From the NCBI GenBank assembly GCA_905213875.1, contig CAJMJN010000001.1, positions 59,940-123,939 on the forward strand: 64,000 nt of DNA, read 5' to 3'. A program made the position numbers and the translations under genes. Position 1 is the first letter of the stretch, and each line of letters opens with the position of its first letter. The notes below the pieces were generated by a model that ran no database searches, was not told where the DNA came from, and saw only the letters and a list, made by a program, of their open reading frames with translations. Below are positions 9,071 to 19,880 of the stretch, one piece after another. Origin of the DNA: an uncultured Clostridium sp. Its GTDB lineage: Bacteria > Bacillota > Clostridia > TANB77 > CAG-508.

Positions 9071-11509
9071 ATGTTTCAAAATATAAATGAAGATACAATA
9101 GAAATAAATAATAAAGCTGAAAAAGCAAAAAGAAATGTAAACATATTCTCAAATGTTTTAACAAAGGAAAATCTAGCAATATATGTGGTGGCATTTATGA
9201 TGTCACTAGTAGGCATTGGTGGAGATTTTTCAATATTTAGTATAAGTGTGTTAGGTGCTTGTTTTGCATCATCTGTTCCAGCATTAGGGGTAGTGGCAGT
9301 TTCACTTTTAGGAAACTTTATTAAATTTGGTGTTGGTGGAGGATTAGGTTATTTTTTAACAACACTAGTTTTAATAATAACATTATTTATATTTAAACCA
9401 CGTTATAATGAAGAAGAACGAAATGAGAAAATAAAAATAGGAAAAAACGTATTTATAGCAACATTACTAATTCAAATTGTAAAAATAGCAATGGCACAAT
9501 TTACATTATATGATGTACTTGCATCAATAACATTATCAATAATAGCATTAGTATTTTATAAAATATTTGTAAATTCTATTGTAGTAGTTCAAGAATTTTA
9601 CGAAAAAAGAGCATTTTCAATTGAAGAAGTTATAGGTGCTAGCTTAATGCTTGCAATAGCAGTTGGAGGAATTGGAGATTTTAGTGTAGCAGGATTTAGC
9701 ATTAGAAATATATTAAGTATATTAATCGTTATGGTACTTGGCTGGAAAAATGGAATGTTAATAGGAACAACATCAGGTGTTACAATAGGTGTAACATTAG
9801 GAGTAATAACAAATTCAGAGCCAATTATGATAGCTGCATATGCAATTTCAGGAATGATAGCAGGTATATTAAATAGATTTGGGAAAATAGGTGTAGTTGT
9901 AGGGTTTGCACTTGGAAATATATTGTTAGCATATGTTGCAAATGGATATACAGTAGAATTAATACATTTTAAAGAAATACTAATTGCATCAATAGGATTA
10001 CTTTTTGTTCCAAAAACATTACAAATTGATATAGAAGAATTTACAGGAAAATCAAAATTATTGCCTTCAATGTCAGATAGAGCATTGAACAAAAGCAAAG
10101 AAGTTGCAGAAAGTTTAAACAATGTATCAAATGCAATAAACGAAATGGCTACAACATATAGAGGACAAGACGATTTAGATGCAGTTGAAAAAGACAATAT
10201 TAGTTCAGACGAAAATAAAGAAATTTTTATAGGTGAATTATTAAATAATTTAGAACCTTATAAAGACAATATGCTATATGACGATATTGCTAAAGCAGAT
10301 GGAGAGATAGACAACGAGATTTTTGAATTATTATTAGAAAAGCAAGAAATAAGCAGAAAAGATTTATTACAAATATTTGCGAATTGTAATAGTTACATAG
10401 TAGGTGCAGAAGATAACAAAATAAGCAAACAATTAGAAGACAATATAATGCAAATTGTTAGAACTATAAATGTTTCATACAAAGTTGCAAAATCTAATTT
10501 TATCTGGAAGAAAAAAGAAGAACAAACTAAAAAGAACATTAGTAATCAATTAAAAAATGTATCTAATGCTATAAAAAGTATGGCAAAAGATATAGAAAAA
10601 GACATAAAAGCAGAAGAAAAATATCAAGCAGAAAGATTAGAAATAGTAGATTTATTAAGACAAAAAGAGATAGAAGTTCAAGATATAATGATAAAAAAAG
10701 ATAATAGATTTATAGTTGAAATATATCTAACTAGATTACTTGAAAATACTAAACTAGAACAAATTGCAGAAATATTAACAAACATTTTAAAAGAACCAAT
10801 TGTATTAAATGCTGAAGCAACAGTAGGCAAAAAAATAGTATATTTATCAGACGATAAATACATAATGGCAATTGGAATGGCACAAGAAACTAAAAACAAC
10901 AGTAAACAATCAGGTGATAGTATATTAAATATACGTTTAAAAGATGGAAAATATTTAGTTGCAATTAGTGATGGAATGGGAAGTGGAAAAGAAGCTAAAA
11001 ATAGTAGTAACCAAACATTACGACTATTAGAAAATTTGCTAGTATCAGGATTTGATAAAAAAGCATCTTTAGATTTAATAAATAATGCTTTAATGAATCA
11101 AAACAAAGAAACATTTGCAACTCTAGATATAGCAATTGTAGACTTATATGAAGGAAATGTCGAATTTATTAAAAGTGCAGCTTGTCCAACATATATAAAG
11201 AAAAATAAAAGAGTTCAAATGATAAAATCGAATTCATTGCCAACAGGAATATTAGAAGAAAGTAAATTAGAAACATTTGACAAAGATATAAATGATGGCG
11301 AAATTGTAGTGCTATGTTCAGATGGGATTCTAGATTCTAATGTAGAATATAAGAATAAGGAATTGTGGATAAAGTATTTGTTAGAAGATATAGAAACTAC
11401 CAATACGCAAAAGATTGCTAATTTAATTTTGGAAGAGTCTGTTGATAATAATTATGGTATTGCAAAAGATGATATGAGTGTAGTTGCATTTAAATTTAGA
11501 CAAAAGTAG
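9071..11509 (+). CDS. spoIIE: Stage II sporulation protein E (SpoIIE), a PP2C-type serine phosphatase
   Basis: About ten N-terminal transmembrane helices and a C-terminal PP2C domain (AISDGMGSGKEA ... VLCSDGILD). GAGGTGG ribosome-binding site before the ATG at 9071. Confidence 0.9.
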   Translation: MFQNINEDTIEINNKAEKAKRNVNIFSNVLTKENLAIYVVAFMMSLVGIGGDFSIFSISVLGACFASSVPALGVVAVSLLGNFIKFGVGGGLGYFLTTLVLIITLFIFKPRYNEEERNEKIKIGKNVFIATLLIQIVKIAMAQFTLYDVLASITLSIIALVFYKIFVNSIVVVQEFYEKRAFSIEEVIGASLMLAIAVGGIGDFSVAGFSIRNILSILIVMVLGWKNGMLIGTTSGVTIGVTLGVITNSEPIMIAAYAISGMIAGILNRFGKIGVVVGFALGNILLAYVANGYTVELIHFKEILIASIGLLFVPKTLQIDIEEFTGKSKLLPSMSDRALNKSKEVAESLNNVSNAINEMATTYRGQDDLDAVEKDNISSDENKEIFIGELLNNLEPYKDNMLYDDIAKADGEIDNEIFELLLEKQEISRKDLLQIFANCNSYIVGAEDNKISKQLEDNIMQIVRTINVSYKVAKSNFIWKKKEEQTKKNISNQLKNVSNAIKSMAKDIEKDIKAEEKYQAERLEIVDLLRQKEIEVQDIMIKKDNRFIVEIYLTRLLENTKLEQIAEILTNILKEPIVLNAEATVGKKIVYLSDDKYIMAIGMAQETKNNSKQSGDSILNIRLKDGKYLVAISDGMGSGKEAKNSSNQTLRLLENLLVSGFDKKASLDLINNALMNQNKETFATLDIAIVDLYEGNVEFIKSAACPTYIKKNKRVQMIKSNSLPTGILEESKLETFDKDINDGEIVVLCSDGILDSNVEYKNKELWIKYLLEDIETTNTQKIANLILEESVDNNYGIAKDDMSVVAFKFRQK

Positions 11510-11549
11510 TGTTTGTAATTATACATTTTAATTTAATACAAAAGAAGGC

Positions 11550-11722
11550 TTGAAATATAAGATTTTTATTACATTCCTCGGCTTATTACGAAATTTACGA
11601 AATTCTAACTTGTTTTTATGGAACCCTTCCATTAAAAATGAACTCTTTCCATAAAAGCTACGTAAGAATTTCTAAAATTTCTCTATGCACATTCGTCATT
11701 GCATTCAAATCTTATATTTCAA
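11550..11722 (+). repeat. MITE-like intergenic element, copy A. About 170 bp with 16-bp terminal inverted repeats TTGAAATATAAGATTT / AAATCTTATATTTCAA.
   Basis: Core TTACATTCCTCGGCTTATT...AACTCTTTCCATAAAAGCT.CGTAAGAATTTCTAAA...GCACATTCGTCATT is shared with the copies at 14669-14845 and 38741-38911. Confidence 0.6.
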
Positions 11723-11816
11723 GTCTTTCTTATAATATTAAATTATTAAAACAAATTGCTAAATCAAAAGAAATATGATATAGTAATTTAGAAATAAATT
11801 AGGAGGAATAATTGCA

Positions 11817-13334
11817 TTGAGTAGAGGAAGAAGATATGAAGAACCTAAATTAAATATGAAAAAAGTTTTTGCAGTTATAGTTGCAATAATAGTAATTATA
11901 ATGTGTATTGTAATGTTAAAAGGAATTTTAAGTAAAGATACTAAACAAGGAAAAATAGTTAGCAAAGATTATTTTGCATCATATCAAAATAACAAATGGG
12001 GAGTAATTGATTCAAATGGAGATAATGTAATAGACCCTAGTTATGCAGAAATGATAATTGTTCCTAATAGTAAAAATGATGTATTTTTATGTACATATGA
12101 TGTAGATTATGATAACAACACATATAAAACAAAGGCTTTAAATAGTGAAAATAAAGAAATTTTTACAGAATATGACCACGTTGAGGCAATATCAAATAAA
12201 GACACTGATAATAATTTATGGTATGAAAATGATGTTGTAAGAGTTGAAAAAAATGGTTTATATGGCTTAATAGATTTATCTGGAAAAGAATTATTGCAAT
12301 GTGAATATGCCAAAATAGAAGCACTAGAAGGTGTGCAAAACACATTTAAAATTACTAAAGATGGTAAAGTAGGAATTGCAGACAATAAAGGAAATGTCTT
12401 AATAACACCATCATATGCTGAAATTACAAGTTTAGATAAAGACAAAAGCCAAGGATTTATAGTAAAAAGCAGTGATGGAAAATACGGAATAGTAGATACA
12501 GCTAATAAACAAGTTTTAGAAACAAAATATGATACAGTAGAAAAAATCTATAGAAATGATTATTATGTTGTAACAGAAAATGGAAAACAAGAAGTTGTAA
12601 AAAAAGCTGGAGATAAAGTTTTAAGTGGAAATTATGACAAAATTGAAGCTATATTACAAAATCCTGAAAATGGAATTATATATAAGCAAAAAGAAAAATA
12701 CGGAATTATGAATTTATCAGGAGATGTAGTTATAAAACCAGAATATGAAAAGTTAAAAGAAGGAGCGTCTGGAAGTATTATAGCTAAAAAAGATTCAAAA
12801 TATGGAATAATAGACTTACAAGGTAATCAAAAAGTAGAATTTAAATATCAAAATCTTTCATATAATGAAAAAGCAGATTTATATATAGCTGAAGACGACC
12901 AATATGAAAATGAAATTTTAGATAGCAATTACCAAGTAAAACAAACTGGATATTTAATAGAATTAAATACAGATAAAGGATATATGGAATTAAATCAAAA
13001 TAATTCATATAAATATTACAACTTTAAATTTGAAGAACAAAATGCAGAAAACATATTTACATCAAATACATTATTTGCAAGCAAAAAAGATGGAAAATAT
13101 GGATTTGTAGATAAAAATGGAAAAACAGTTGTAGATTATATTTATGATGATGTAACAAGCCAAAATAGTTATGGATATGCTGGAATTAAAAAAGACGGAA
13201 AATGGGGAGCAATTGATAAAGACGGAAAAGTAGTAAAAGAACCAACATATAATTTAGATGATTATTTAAAAATAGACTTTATTGGTGGATGGTATCTAGG
13301 AAAAGACATAAATATGAATTATTATAGAAAATAA
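11817..13334 (+). CDS. WG-repeat (KWG motif) membrane-anchored protein
   Basis: Repeated KWGVID / KYGIVD / KYGFVD / KWGAID units. N-terminal signal anchor. TTG start with an AGGAGG ribosome-binding site. Confidence 0.7.
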   Translation: MSRGRRYEEPKLNMKKVFAVIVAIIVIIMCIVMLKGILSKDTKQGKIVSKDYFASYQNNKWGVIDSNGDNVIDPSYAEMIIVPNSKNDVFLCTYDVDYDNNTYKTKALNSENKEIFTEYDHVEAISNKDTDNNLWYENDVVRVEKNGLYGLIDLSGKELLQCEYAKIEALEGVQNTFKITKDGKVGIADNKGNVLITPSYAEITSLDKDKSQGFIVKSSDGKYGIVDTANKQVLETKYDTVEKIYRNDYYVVTENGKQEVVKKAGDKVLSGNYDKIEAILQNPENGIIYKQKEKYGIMNLSGDVVIKPEYEKLKEGASGSIIAKKDSKYGIIDLQGNQKVEFKYQNLSYNEKADLYIAEDDQYENEILDSNYQVKQTGYLIELNTDKGYMELNQNNSYKYYNFKFEEQNAENIFTSNTLFASKKDGKYGFVDKNGKTVVDYIYDDVTSQNSYGYAGIKKDGKWGAIDKDGKVVKEPTYNLDDYLKIDFIGGWYLGKDINMNYYRK

Positions 13335-13388
13335 GGTTATAGGTAATTCCTAAAAAACCTAAATATAGTAAATAAGGAACTAAAGAAA

Positions 13389-14627
13389 ATGGAACTAAAG
13401 ACGAACTATCAATATACATATTTTATACACCCTTTTGCAATAAAAGAGGGAAATTACCAAAAATATATATTAAAAATGTTAAAAGATAAAAATTGTAACT
13501 TAAAAACATTTCAAAAAGAAAAAGATTTGAGAACATATCAATACTTTTTGCCAGAAACAAGGAAATTTTTATTTTCAAGTTTTGGATTTGGAAAAGAAAA
13601 AATTAGAAAATTAGAAGAATTATCAATAGACACAAGAGCAGCATTACTTGCAAAATATCCTTGTAATATATTTGAATATTCAATACCAAAAGATATTCAA
13701 GGGAAAATAGATGATAAAAAAGGGATATTTTTTGCAATAACAAAAATTGATATTATATGTTTCAATACAGGAATATGTTTCTTATTAATGAAAACAAATA
13801 TAGAAGATGACTATAATTTCGCAAATGTCTTAAATTTCAATTATAAATTTAGAGATATAAACCAAGAAGGAAATAATTTAGATGCATATGACAACATACG
13901 TTTACAAACAAATAGTTTTGAAAGTGCAGAAACATTTAGAAATTTCTTAAGAAGAATAACAGGTTCAAGTGTAGAGAGTCTAAAACTTGACATAGATACA
14001 GAAAGATTTTTAACATATTCATATATATGTATAGACCAATCAGCATGGGGAATTTCACACGAATTTGATGAAGTGAAACATTATTTTGATAAATATATCA
14101 ACATATTACCAGCAGACGATATTAAGAATATTGAAAACAACAATAAGAAAATAATAACAATGTCAAAATGGAAATATGCAAAAATGTCACTAAACAAATT
14201 AGGCGTAATGCTATTTTCATCAAGTGAAGATATGAATAATTATACAATATTACCAAATGAATATGAAAACCAATATTTATACACATATATAATTAATTTG
14301 TATAAAAAAATATATCTAAAGAAAATAGCAGTAGAACTAAAAGACCCTAAAAAAGTGAAAAAAGCAAGGAAAAAATTTATTGAATTTACTAAAAAAATGT
14401 GGATACAAGAAATTACAGAAGACGAAATTGGAACAATGCTAAACCATAAAATACAAGAAACTTTAGAATTAGAAGAATTGTATAACGAAGTAAAAACAAA
14501 ATATGATGTGCTATACAAAGATTTGAATATAGAAAAGAATAAAAGAGTTACAATTTTAATTGGTTTGGTGTTAGTGATTTCATTAGTGTTTAATGTGCTA
14601 AATTTTGTGATACTTGCTAAGAAATAA
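13389..14627 (+). CDS. Hypothetical protein with a C-terminal transmembrane anchor
   Basis: Long open reading frame with Clostridium-like codon usage. The only hydrophobic segment is C-terminal (VTILIGLVLVISLVFNVLNFVIL). Confidence 0.5.
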   Translation: MELKTNYQYTYFIHPFAIKEGNYQKYILKMLKDKNCNLKTFQKEKDLRTYQYFLPETRKFLFSSFGFGKEKIRKLEELSIDTRAALLAKYPCNIFEYSIPKDIQGKIDDKKGIFFAITKIDIICFNTGICFLLMKTNIEDDYNFANVLNFNYKFRDINQEGNNLDAYDNIRLQTNSFESAETFRNFLRRITGSSVESLKLDIDTERFLTYSYICIDQSAWGISHEFDEVKHYFDKYINILPADDIKNIENNNKKIITMSKWKYAKMSLNKLGVMLFSSSEDMNNYTILPNEYENQYLYTYIINLYKKIYLKKIAVELKDPKKVKKARKKFIEFTKKMWIQEITEDEIGTMLNHKIQETLELEELYNEVKTKYDVLYKDLNIEKNKRVTILIGLVLVISLVFNVLNFVILAKK

Positions 14628-14668
14628 AATTTGAAATTGTTATAAGATAATGTTTTATTTAAGGAAAA

Positions 14669-14845
14669 ACTTTTAAATATGAACTTTTCATTGCGTTCCT
14701 CGGCTTATTTTGAAATTTAAGAAATTCTAACTTGTTTTATGGCACCATTCCATTAAAAATGAACTCTTTCCATAAAAGCTGCGTAAGAATTTCTAAAGTT
14801 TCTCCATTCGCATTCGTAACTTCATTCAAAGTTTATATTTAAAAG
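14669..14845 (+). repeat. MITE-like intergenic element, copy B, with 17-bp terminal inverted repeats carrying one mismatch
   Basis: CTTTTAAATATGAACTTT ... AAAGTTTATATTTAAAAG. The core matches copy A at about 85% identity. Confidence 0.6.
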
Positions 14846-14901
14846 CTTTTCCTAGAATATAAATTATTATTTTATAATTAATTAGAAAAGAGAAATGTAG
14901 T

Positions 14902-15279
14902 ATGAAAATTAAATGTGGAGTAGATATAATTGAAATTTCTAGGGTAAAAGAAAGTATAGAAAGTTTAGGAGAAAGATTTATAAATAGGGTTTTTACAGAA
15001 AAAGAAATAGAATATTGTGAAAGTAAAAATGCTCAAAAGTATCAACACTATGCAGCAAGATTTGCTGCTAAAGAAGCGACATTTAAGGCCTTGTCTTGGA
15101 AGTTGGAAGATAAATATGCAATATGTTGGAAAGATATAGAAGTAGTAGACAATGAACAAGGAAGACCATCTTTAAATATAATAGGAATGAACTTAGATGA
15201 CATAGAAAATATAGATATAAGTTTGTCACATTGCAAAGAATATGCTGTGGCAAATGTTACAGTTTTAACAAAAGCATAA
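14902..15279 (+). CDS. acpS: Holo-[acyl-carrier-protein] synthase
   Basis: 125 aa with MKIKCGVDIIEISRV and a 4'-phosphopantetheinyl transferase fold signature. Confidence 0.85.
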   Translation: MKIKCGVDIIEISRVKESIESLGERFINRVFTEKEIEYCESKNAQKYQHYAARFAAKEATFKALSWKLEDKYAICWKDIEVVDNEQGRPSLNIIGMNLDDIENIDISLSHCKEYAVANVTVLTKA

Positions 15280-15357
15280 AAAGTAAGATATAGTAATGAA
15301 AAATTTTTTCATTACTATATGTGTATTTGAACTAAAAGGAAAGGAATAGACTTTAAT

Positions 15358-16140
15358 ATGAAATTATTTGATTCACATGCTCATCTTGATGATGAAAAAT
15401 TTGACGAAGATAGAGATACAATAATAGAAGAAATACATAAAAGTGATGTAGAAAAGTTTGTGTCAGCAGGATATAGCCTAGAAGGAAGTAAGAAAGCAAT
15501 TGAACTATCCCAAAAGTATGATTTTATATATGCAACAGTAGGAATTTCGCCTAATGATATTCCACAAACTAAGGAAGAATTGTGGAAAATGTTAGAAGAA
15601 ATAGAGAATTTAGGTAAAACAAAAAAAGTGGTTGCAATAGGAGAAATTGGATTAGATTATTATTGGAATAAAGAAAATAAGGAGTTACAAAAAGAAGCGT
15701 TTATAGAACAAATAAAAATAGCCAATAAGCTAGATTTACCAATAGTAATACATACAAGAGAAGCTGTAATGGATACATTACAAATATTAAAAGAAAATAC
15801 AGTGAACAAAAAAGGAATTTTCCATTGTTGCCCTTTAAATAGAGAACTTGTAAAAGAAGCATTAAAATTAGATTTTTACATATCATTTTGTGGACCAGTA
15901 ACATTTAAAAATTCCAAAAATGCAGCTGAAATAATAGAAATGGTACCAAATGATAAAATGCTAATTGAAACAGATAGTCCATATTTATCTCCAGAACCAC
16001 TAAGAGGAAGAAGAAATGACCCAAGAAATGTAGAATATGTAGCACAAAAAATAGCAGATGTAAAAGGACTAGAAATAGAACAAATTGCTGATAGTACTTA
16101 TAAAAATGCATTAAAAATATTTAATATAAATGAAAACTAA
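15358..16140 (+). CDS. tatD: TatD family deoxyribonuclease/hydrolase
   Basis: MKLFDSHAHLDD and the conserved metal-binding His/Asp/Glu pattern. 260 aa. Confidence 0.85.
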   Translation: MKLFDSHAHLDDEKFDEDRDTIIEEIHKSDVEKFVSAGYSLEGSKKAIELSQKYDFIYATVGISPNDIPQTKEELWKMLEEIENLGKTKKVVAIGEIGLDYYWNKENKELQKEAFIEQIKIANKLDLPIVIHTREAVMDTLQILKENTVNKKGIFHCCPLNRELVKEALKLDFYISFCGPVTFKNSKNAAEIIEMVPNDKMLIETDSPYLSPEPLRGRRNDPRNVEYVAQKIADVKGLEIEQIADSTYKNALKIFNINEN

Positions 16141-16220
16141 TATTATTTTATTATTTATAATATTTGAGACAAAAGTAAAAGCCAAATAGAAATATAAATT
16201 TTCTATTTGGCTTTATATAA

Positions 16221-17162
16221 TTATTTTAAAGATAAAATTTCTTTTTCAGTTAAACCTGTTACAATGGAAATTTGTTTTATAGGAATATTTTGGAGAATCA
16301 TATTTTTGGCTATTTTTTTAATACCTATCTGTTCACCTCTTTTTATTCCACTTTCCATACCTTCATTCCAGCCTTGTTCTTTTGCATACCTCATTCCTGA
16401 ATTATAGTCTCTCATTGCTCTATCTCGGGCTTCATATAGATTCCATGCTTCTTTGTCTGCACTTAGTTCTTCTAATACTTTTTCTGCTTTTTCGATCTCT
16501 TTTACTCTTTTCTCTATATCTTTCATCTTTTCCTTCCTTCCAGCAATAAAATATAACCATTGCTCTAATTTCGTTTTGGGCTCTGGTGCTTTTTTTATGA
16601 ATTTAGGTAGTTCTATAAAATGCATTTCTAAATCTGTAGTTGCTATTTCATCTTCATCTGTATATCCCATATCTATGTATTCTTCTTTTTTAGTTTTCTC
16701 AAATTTCATATGTGCTATACTTCTATAACTATTTCTTTTGTAAAATTCAAATGCTAGTAAATTTATTCCTATAGATTTCTTTACTGCCTTATAGTCATCT
16801 CCTCGCCTCATCTCACTTGATAAATTTTTACTTATATAATATGTACTTCTATGATCTATATTCCATACGTTTTTTACTTGCATTTCTATATCACATATTA
16901 TATCTTCATCAACTCGTACTTTTATATCCATAACACCTGCTTTATTGTCAAATGAATCCACTGGTAATTCTGTATTTTGAACCTGTACTTCTTTTATATC
17001 TATGTCTAAAATAGCTTCTAATAATGACTTTAGAATATCTTCATTTCCAGGTCTTGAAAATACTGCTTTAAATATTACATCAGATGTTAATGGCAATAAT
17101 TTTTTCTTTTGATTAGTATCATTTCCCCCTAATGATATAATTTTATCGGTTTTATCTAACAA
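16221..17162 (-). CDS. Rpn/YhgA-like family (PD-(D/E)XK) recombination-promoting nuclease, sometimes annotated as a putative transposase
   Basis: N-terminal DVIFKAVF...MDIKVRVDEDIICDIEMQ motif block and a C-terminal helical repeat, typical of Rpn-family proteins. Confidence 0.65.
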   Translation of the reverse strand: MLDKTDKIISLGGNDTNQKKKLLPLTSDVIFKAVFSRPGNEDILKSLLEAILDIDIKEVQVQNTELPVDSFDNKAGVMDIKVRVDEDIICDIEMQVKNVWNIDHRSTYYISKNLSSEMRRGDDYKAVKKSIGINLLAFEFYKRNSYRSIAHMKFEKTKKEEYIDMGYTDEDEIATTDLEMHFIELPKFIKKAPEPKTKLEQWLYFIAGRKEKMKDIEKRVKEIEKAEKVLEELSADKEAWNLYEARDRAMRDYNSGMRYAKEQGWNEGMESGIKRGEQIGIKKIAKNMILQNIPIKQISIVTGLTEKEILSLK

Positions 17163-17701
17163 TTTATTTTACCTCCTTAATTATACCAGAAGTAGTTAAA
17201 TTAATCAACACTTATAAGTATATTTTTATATATTTATTTAAATACGATTATTTTTATTATAAAAAAGCTATCCTCCTTTCATTGATGAATTAGGTTCAGA
17301 ATAAAACATTTAATGATTTTAAAAATTTAGATTATAAAAGTTTCAAATAGAAATTATCGATCATAAAATATGAATTTAAAAATAGATATAAGTTCGAATT
17401 AAATACAAATGATTAAATAATAAAAGATATAATATATTTCATATTAAAACTAAGTAAGATTAAAATTAATAAAAAATTAAATTGATTAAATTTGTTATGA
17501 TAAAATATTTGAATAAAAATAATTGTATAAATGATATATCTATTAAAACATAAAATATCGAAATTTACAACAAAAAGTATTAAATATTTTAACTTTTCAT
17601 CGCAAATTTCGACATTTTATCTACCACTCGATTTGCTCAACTGGTATTGGATTTTCATTTATTTCTATTTTTTCCAATGTTACATATTTATTTCCTTTAT
17701 T

Positions 17702-18568
17702 TTACGCTTCTCTTCTCCAATAAAATAAATATTGTTGGGCTAAACCTGCTAAATTTCCAAACTTTTCTTTTGCAATTTTTTCAATCTGTTTTTTATTAAC
17801 TTTTGTTTCATCTTCATTTTTTATGTATAAATCATTCATAACTCTTCTTACCCATACATCAATCGGAAAAACTTCAAATCTTTTTAAATCTGAAAATAAT
17901 AATATACAATCTGCAACTTTAGGGCCAACACCTGATAATGTCAAAAGTTTTTCTCTTACTTCATGTGTATTATGGTTTGTTCTTAATTCTTCTAAATTGA
18001 CTTGATTTTCTAAAATCATTTTAGTAGTTTCATATAATCGTATATCTCTAAAACCTAAGCCCAATTCTCTATATTCTTGGACTGTTACATCTTTTAATTG
18101 TTCTGGTGTTGGAAATGTATAATAAGATTTTTCTTTGTATATAATCTCGTTTCCATATTTTTTAGATAATCTTTCTATTATCCCTTTTATCCTTGGAATA
18201 TTGTTATTTGCAGATATAATAAAAGATATAATTGTTTCCCATAAATCTTGATTTAAAATTCTTATTCCTTTACCATATTCAATACTAGTTTTCATATTTT
18301 GGTCTATTTTACTTAATGTTTCTTTTATTTTTTCATAATCTCTGTTTAAATCAAAATATTGTTTTACAATTTCCTCTATTTCTCCATCACACATTCCTTC
18401 AAATATGATGTCATTTCCTATTTTTGAAACATTTAAGACATTATTTTTAAATATTCCTGTGTAACTTTTGTCTTCTTGCTCATTCCATCTAAAGCATTGT
18501 CCACAATCAAATATATCTTTCAATTCAAATGAGTTTGCTTTTTTTAATATATATTTTTGTTCTTTCAT
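17702..18568 (-). CDS. ogg: 8-oxoguanine DNA glycosylase (Ogg, HhH-GPD superfamily)
   Basis: N-terminal CGQCFRW motif and a helix-hairpin-helix with GVGPKVADCILLFS. Confidence 0.7.
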   Translation of the reverse strand: MKEQKYILKKANSFELKDIFDCGQCFRWNEQEDKSYTGIFKNNVLNVSKIGNDIIFEGMCDGEIEEIVKQYFDLNRDYEKIKETLSKIDQNMKTSIEYGKGIRILNQDLWETIISFIISANNNIPRIKGIIERLSKKYGNEIIYKEKSYYTFPTPEQLKDVTVQEYRELGLGFRDIRLYETTKMILENQVNLEELRTNHNTHEVREKLLTLSGVGPKVADCILLFSDLKRFEVFPIDVWVRRVMNDLYIKNEDETKVNKKQIEKIAKEKFGNLAGLAQQYLFYWRREA

Positions 18569-18606
18569 ATTTTTTATCCTTTCGGATTCATTATAACATA
18601 TTTTTT

Positions 18607-19491
18607 TTAATTTTTGAACCCTTGTCCAACTACTTCTCTTGAATTTGTTATTACTATAAAACTTTTTGGATCTATTTCTTTAGCAATTATTTTTATTCTA
18701 GCAACATCTTTTCTATATACTGCACACATTAGTATCAATTTATTTTCATTTGTATACATACCTTTTCCATATAAACCTGTTGAACCTCTAGCTACTTTTT
18801 GGTCTATTTGTTTTGCAATTTCTTCACTTTTGTTAGAAACTATTATCATTAATTTTGTAAAATTAATTCCTTCGAAAAATATATCTATAATTTTTCCCAT
18901 TATATATATTGCTATTGCTGAATACAATCCTATTTCTATTTCTTTGAAAAAAATTACATTTAACGCAATTATAATAATATCTATAATTACAATAATATTT
19001 CCGCTTCTAACGGTTGGTTTATATTTTTTTGCTATATAACTTATCAAATCACTTCCTCCTGTTGATGATTCTGATTTTAATAATAAAGTTGTTCCTAGTC
19101 CTAATAAAATTCCTCCATATATACAAGCTAGAAACCTGTCATTTGTTAGTGGTTCGATTTTATCTAATAAATCTATAAATACTGACATTGCAACGGTTCC
19201 TAATGTTGATTTTAAGAAAAACATTTTCCCTACTTTATACATTGAAAATAAAAATAGCGGAATATTTATTGCAATTATTACAATTCCCATTGGTATATTT
19301 AACAAATAATAAAATATTGTTGCAACACCTGCTATTCCTCCAGAAGAAAGTTGATTAGGCAATAAAAACAACGATACTCCTGCTGCCATAATTAGTGCAC
19401 CTAGTATCGTTTCTAACATTTCTTTTAATATTTGTTTAAATTTATCGCTTTTACATTCTTTCATATAAAACTTGCATTCCCTTCTTCTCAT
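18607..19491 (-). CDS. YitT family membrane protein (DUF161 + DUF2179)
   Basis: Five or six transmembrane helices followed by a soluble C-terminal domain. Architecture and motifs match YitT/YpjC-like proteins. Confidence 0.7.
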   Translation of the reverse strand: MRRRECKFYMKECKSDKFKQILKEMLETILGALIMAAGVSLFLLPNQLSSGGIAGVATIFYYLLNIPMGIVIIAINIPLFLFSMYKVGKMFFLKSTLGTVAMSVFIDLLDKIEPLTNDRFLACIYGGILLGLGTTLLLKSESSTGGSDLISYIAKKYKPTVRSGNIIVIIDIIIIALNVIFFKEIEIGLYSAIAIYIMGKIIDIFFEGINFTKLMIIVSNKSEEIAKQIDQKVARGSTGLYGKGMYTNENKLILMCAVYRKDVARIKIIAKEIDPKSFIVITNSREVVGQGFKN

Positions 19492-19721
19492 AAAAAAATA
19501 TATAGAAATTTAAAATTTAATTTTTACATTTTTGCCTATATACTTTATTAATATTATTGGTAATTTTAGTAAAATTTATAACTATTTATTTGCTTTTTTA
19601 ATAGGTATAGCAACTTTTATATTTATTTGTTTTTAAGATTAATAATTCATACTTTTTTCTTCAAGTAATACATATTTTTTAACTTAATATGCTGCAAATG
19701 GAATAATTGTAGAAATTATTA

Positions 19722-19779
19722 AAATATCCTATAGGAGAATCTCAAACTTGCTTTGAGAGGTGCCTATAGGATATTTTTA
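19722..19779 (-). terminator. Nested hairpin, probably the terminator for the rnc / radical-SAM transcript
   Basis: 14-bp perfect inverted repeat AAATATCCTATAGG ... CCTATAGGATATTT around an inner CTCAAA..TTTGAG hairpin, then a T-run. Confidence 0.4.
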
Positions 19780-19880
19780 GAATTACTAGATTATGAAATG
19801 CCGCCAAATATTAAGTTAAAAAATATGTATTACTTGAAGAAGATAATTATAAATAGTATAACTTTAAAACATAATATCTA

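Noticed and set aside
17163-17701. 540-bp AT-rich intergenic region with ORF 17531-17728
   Set aside because: Extremely AT-rich low-complexity sequence. The ORF has no ribosome-binding site and a nonsense-like composition. It is probably just the promoter region of the Rpn-like gene.
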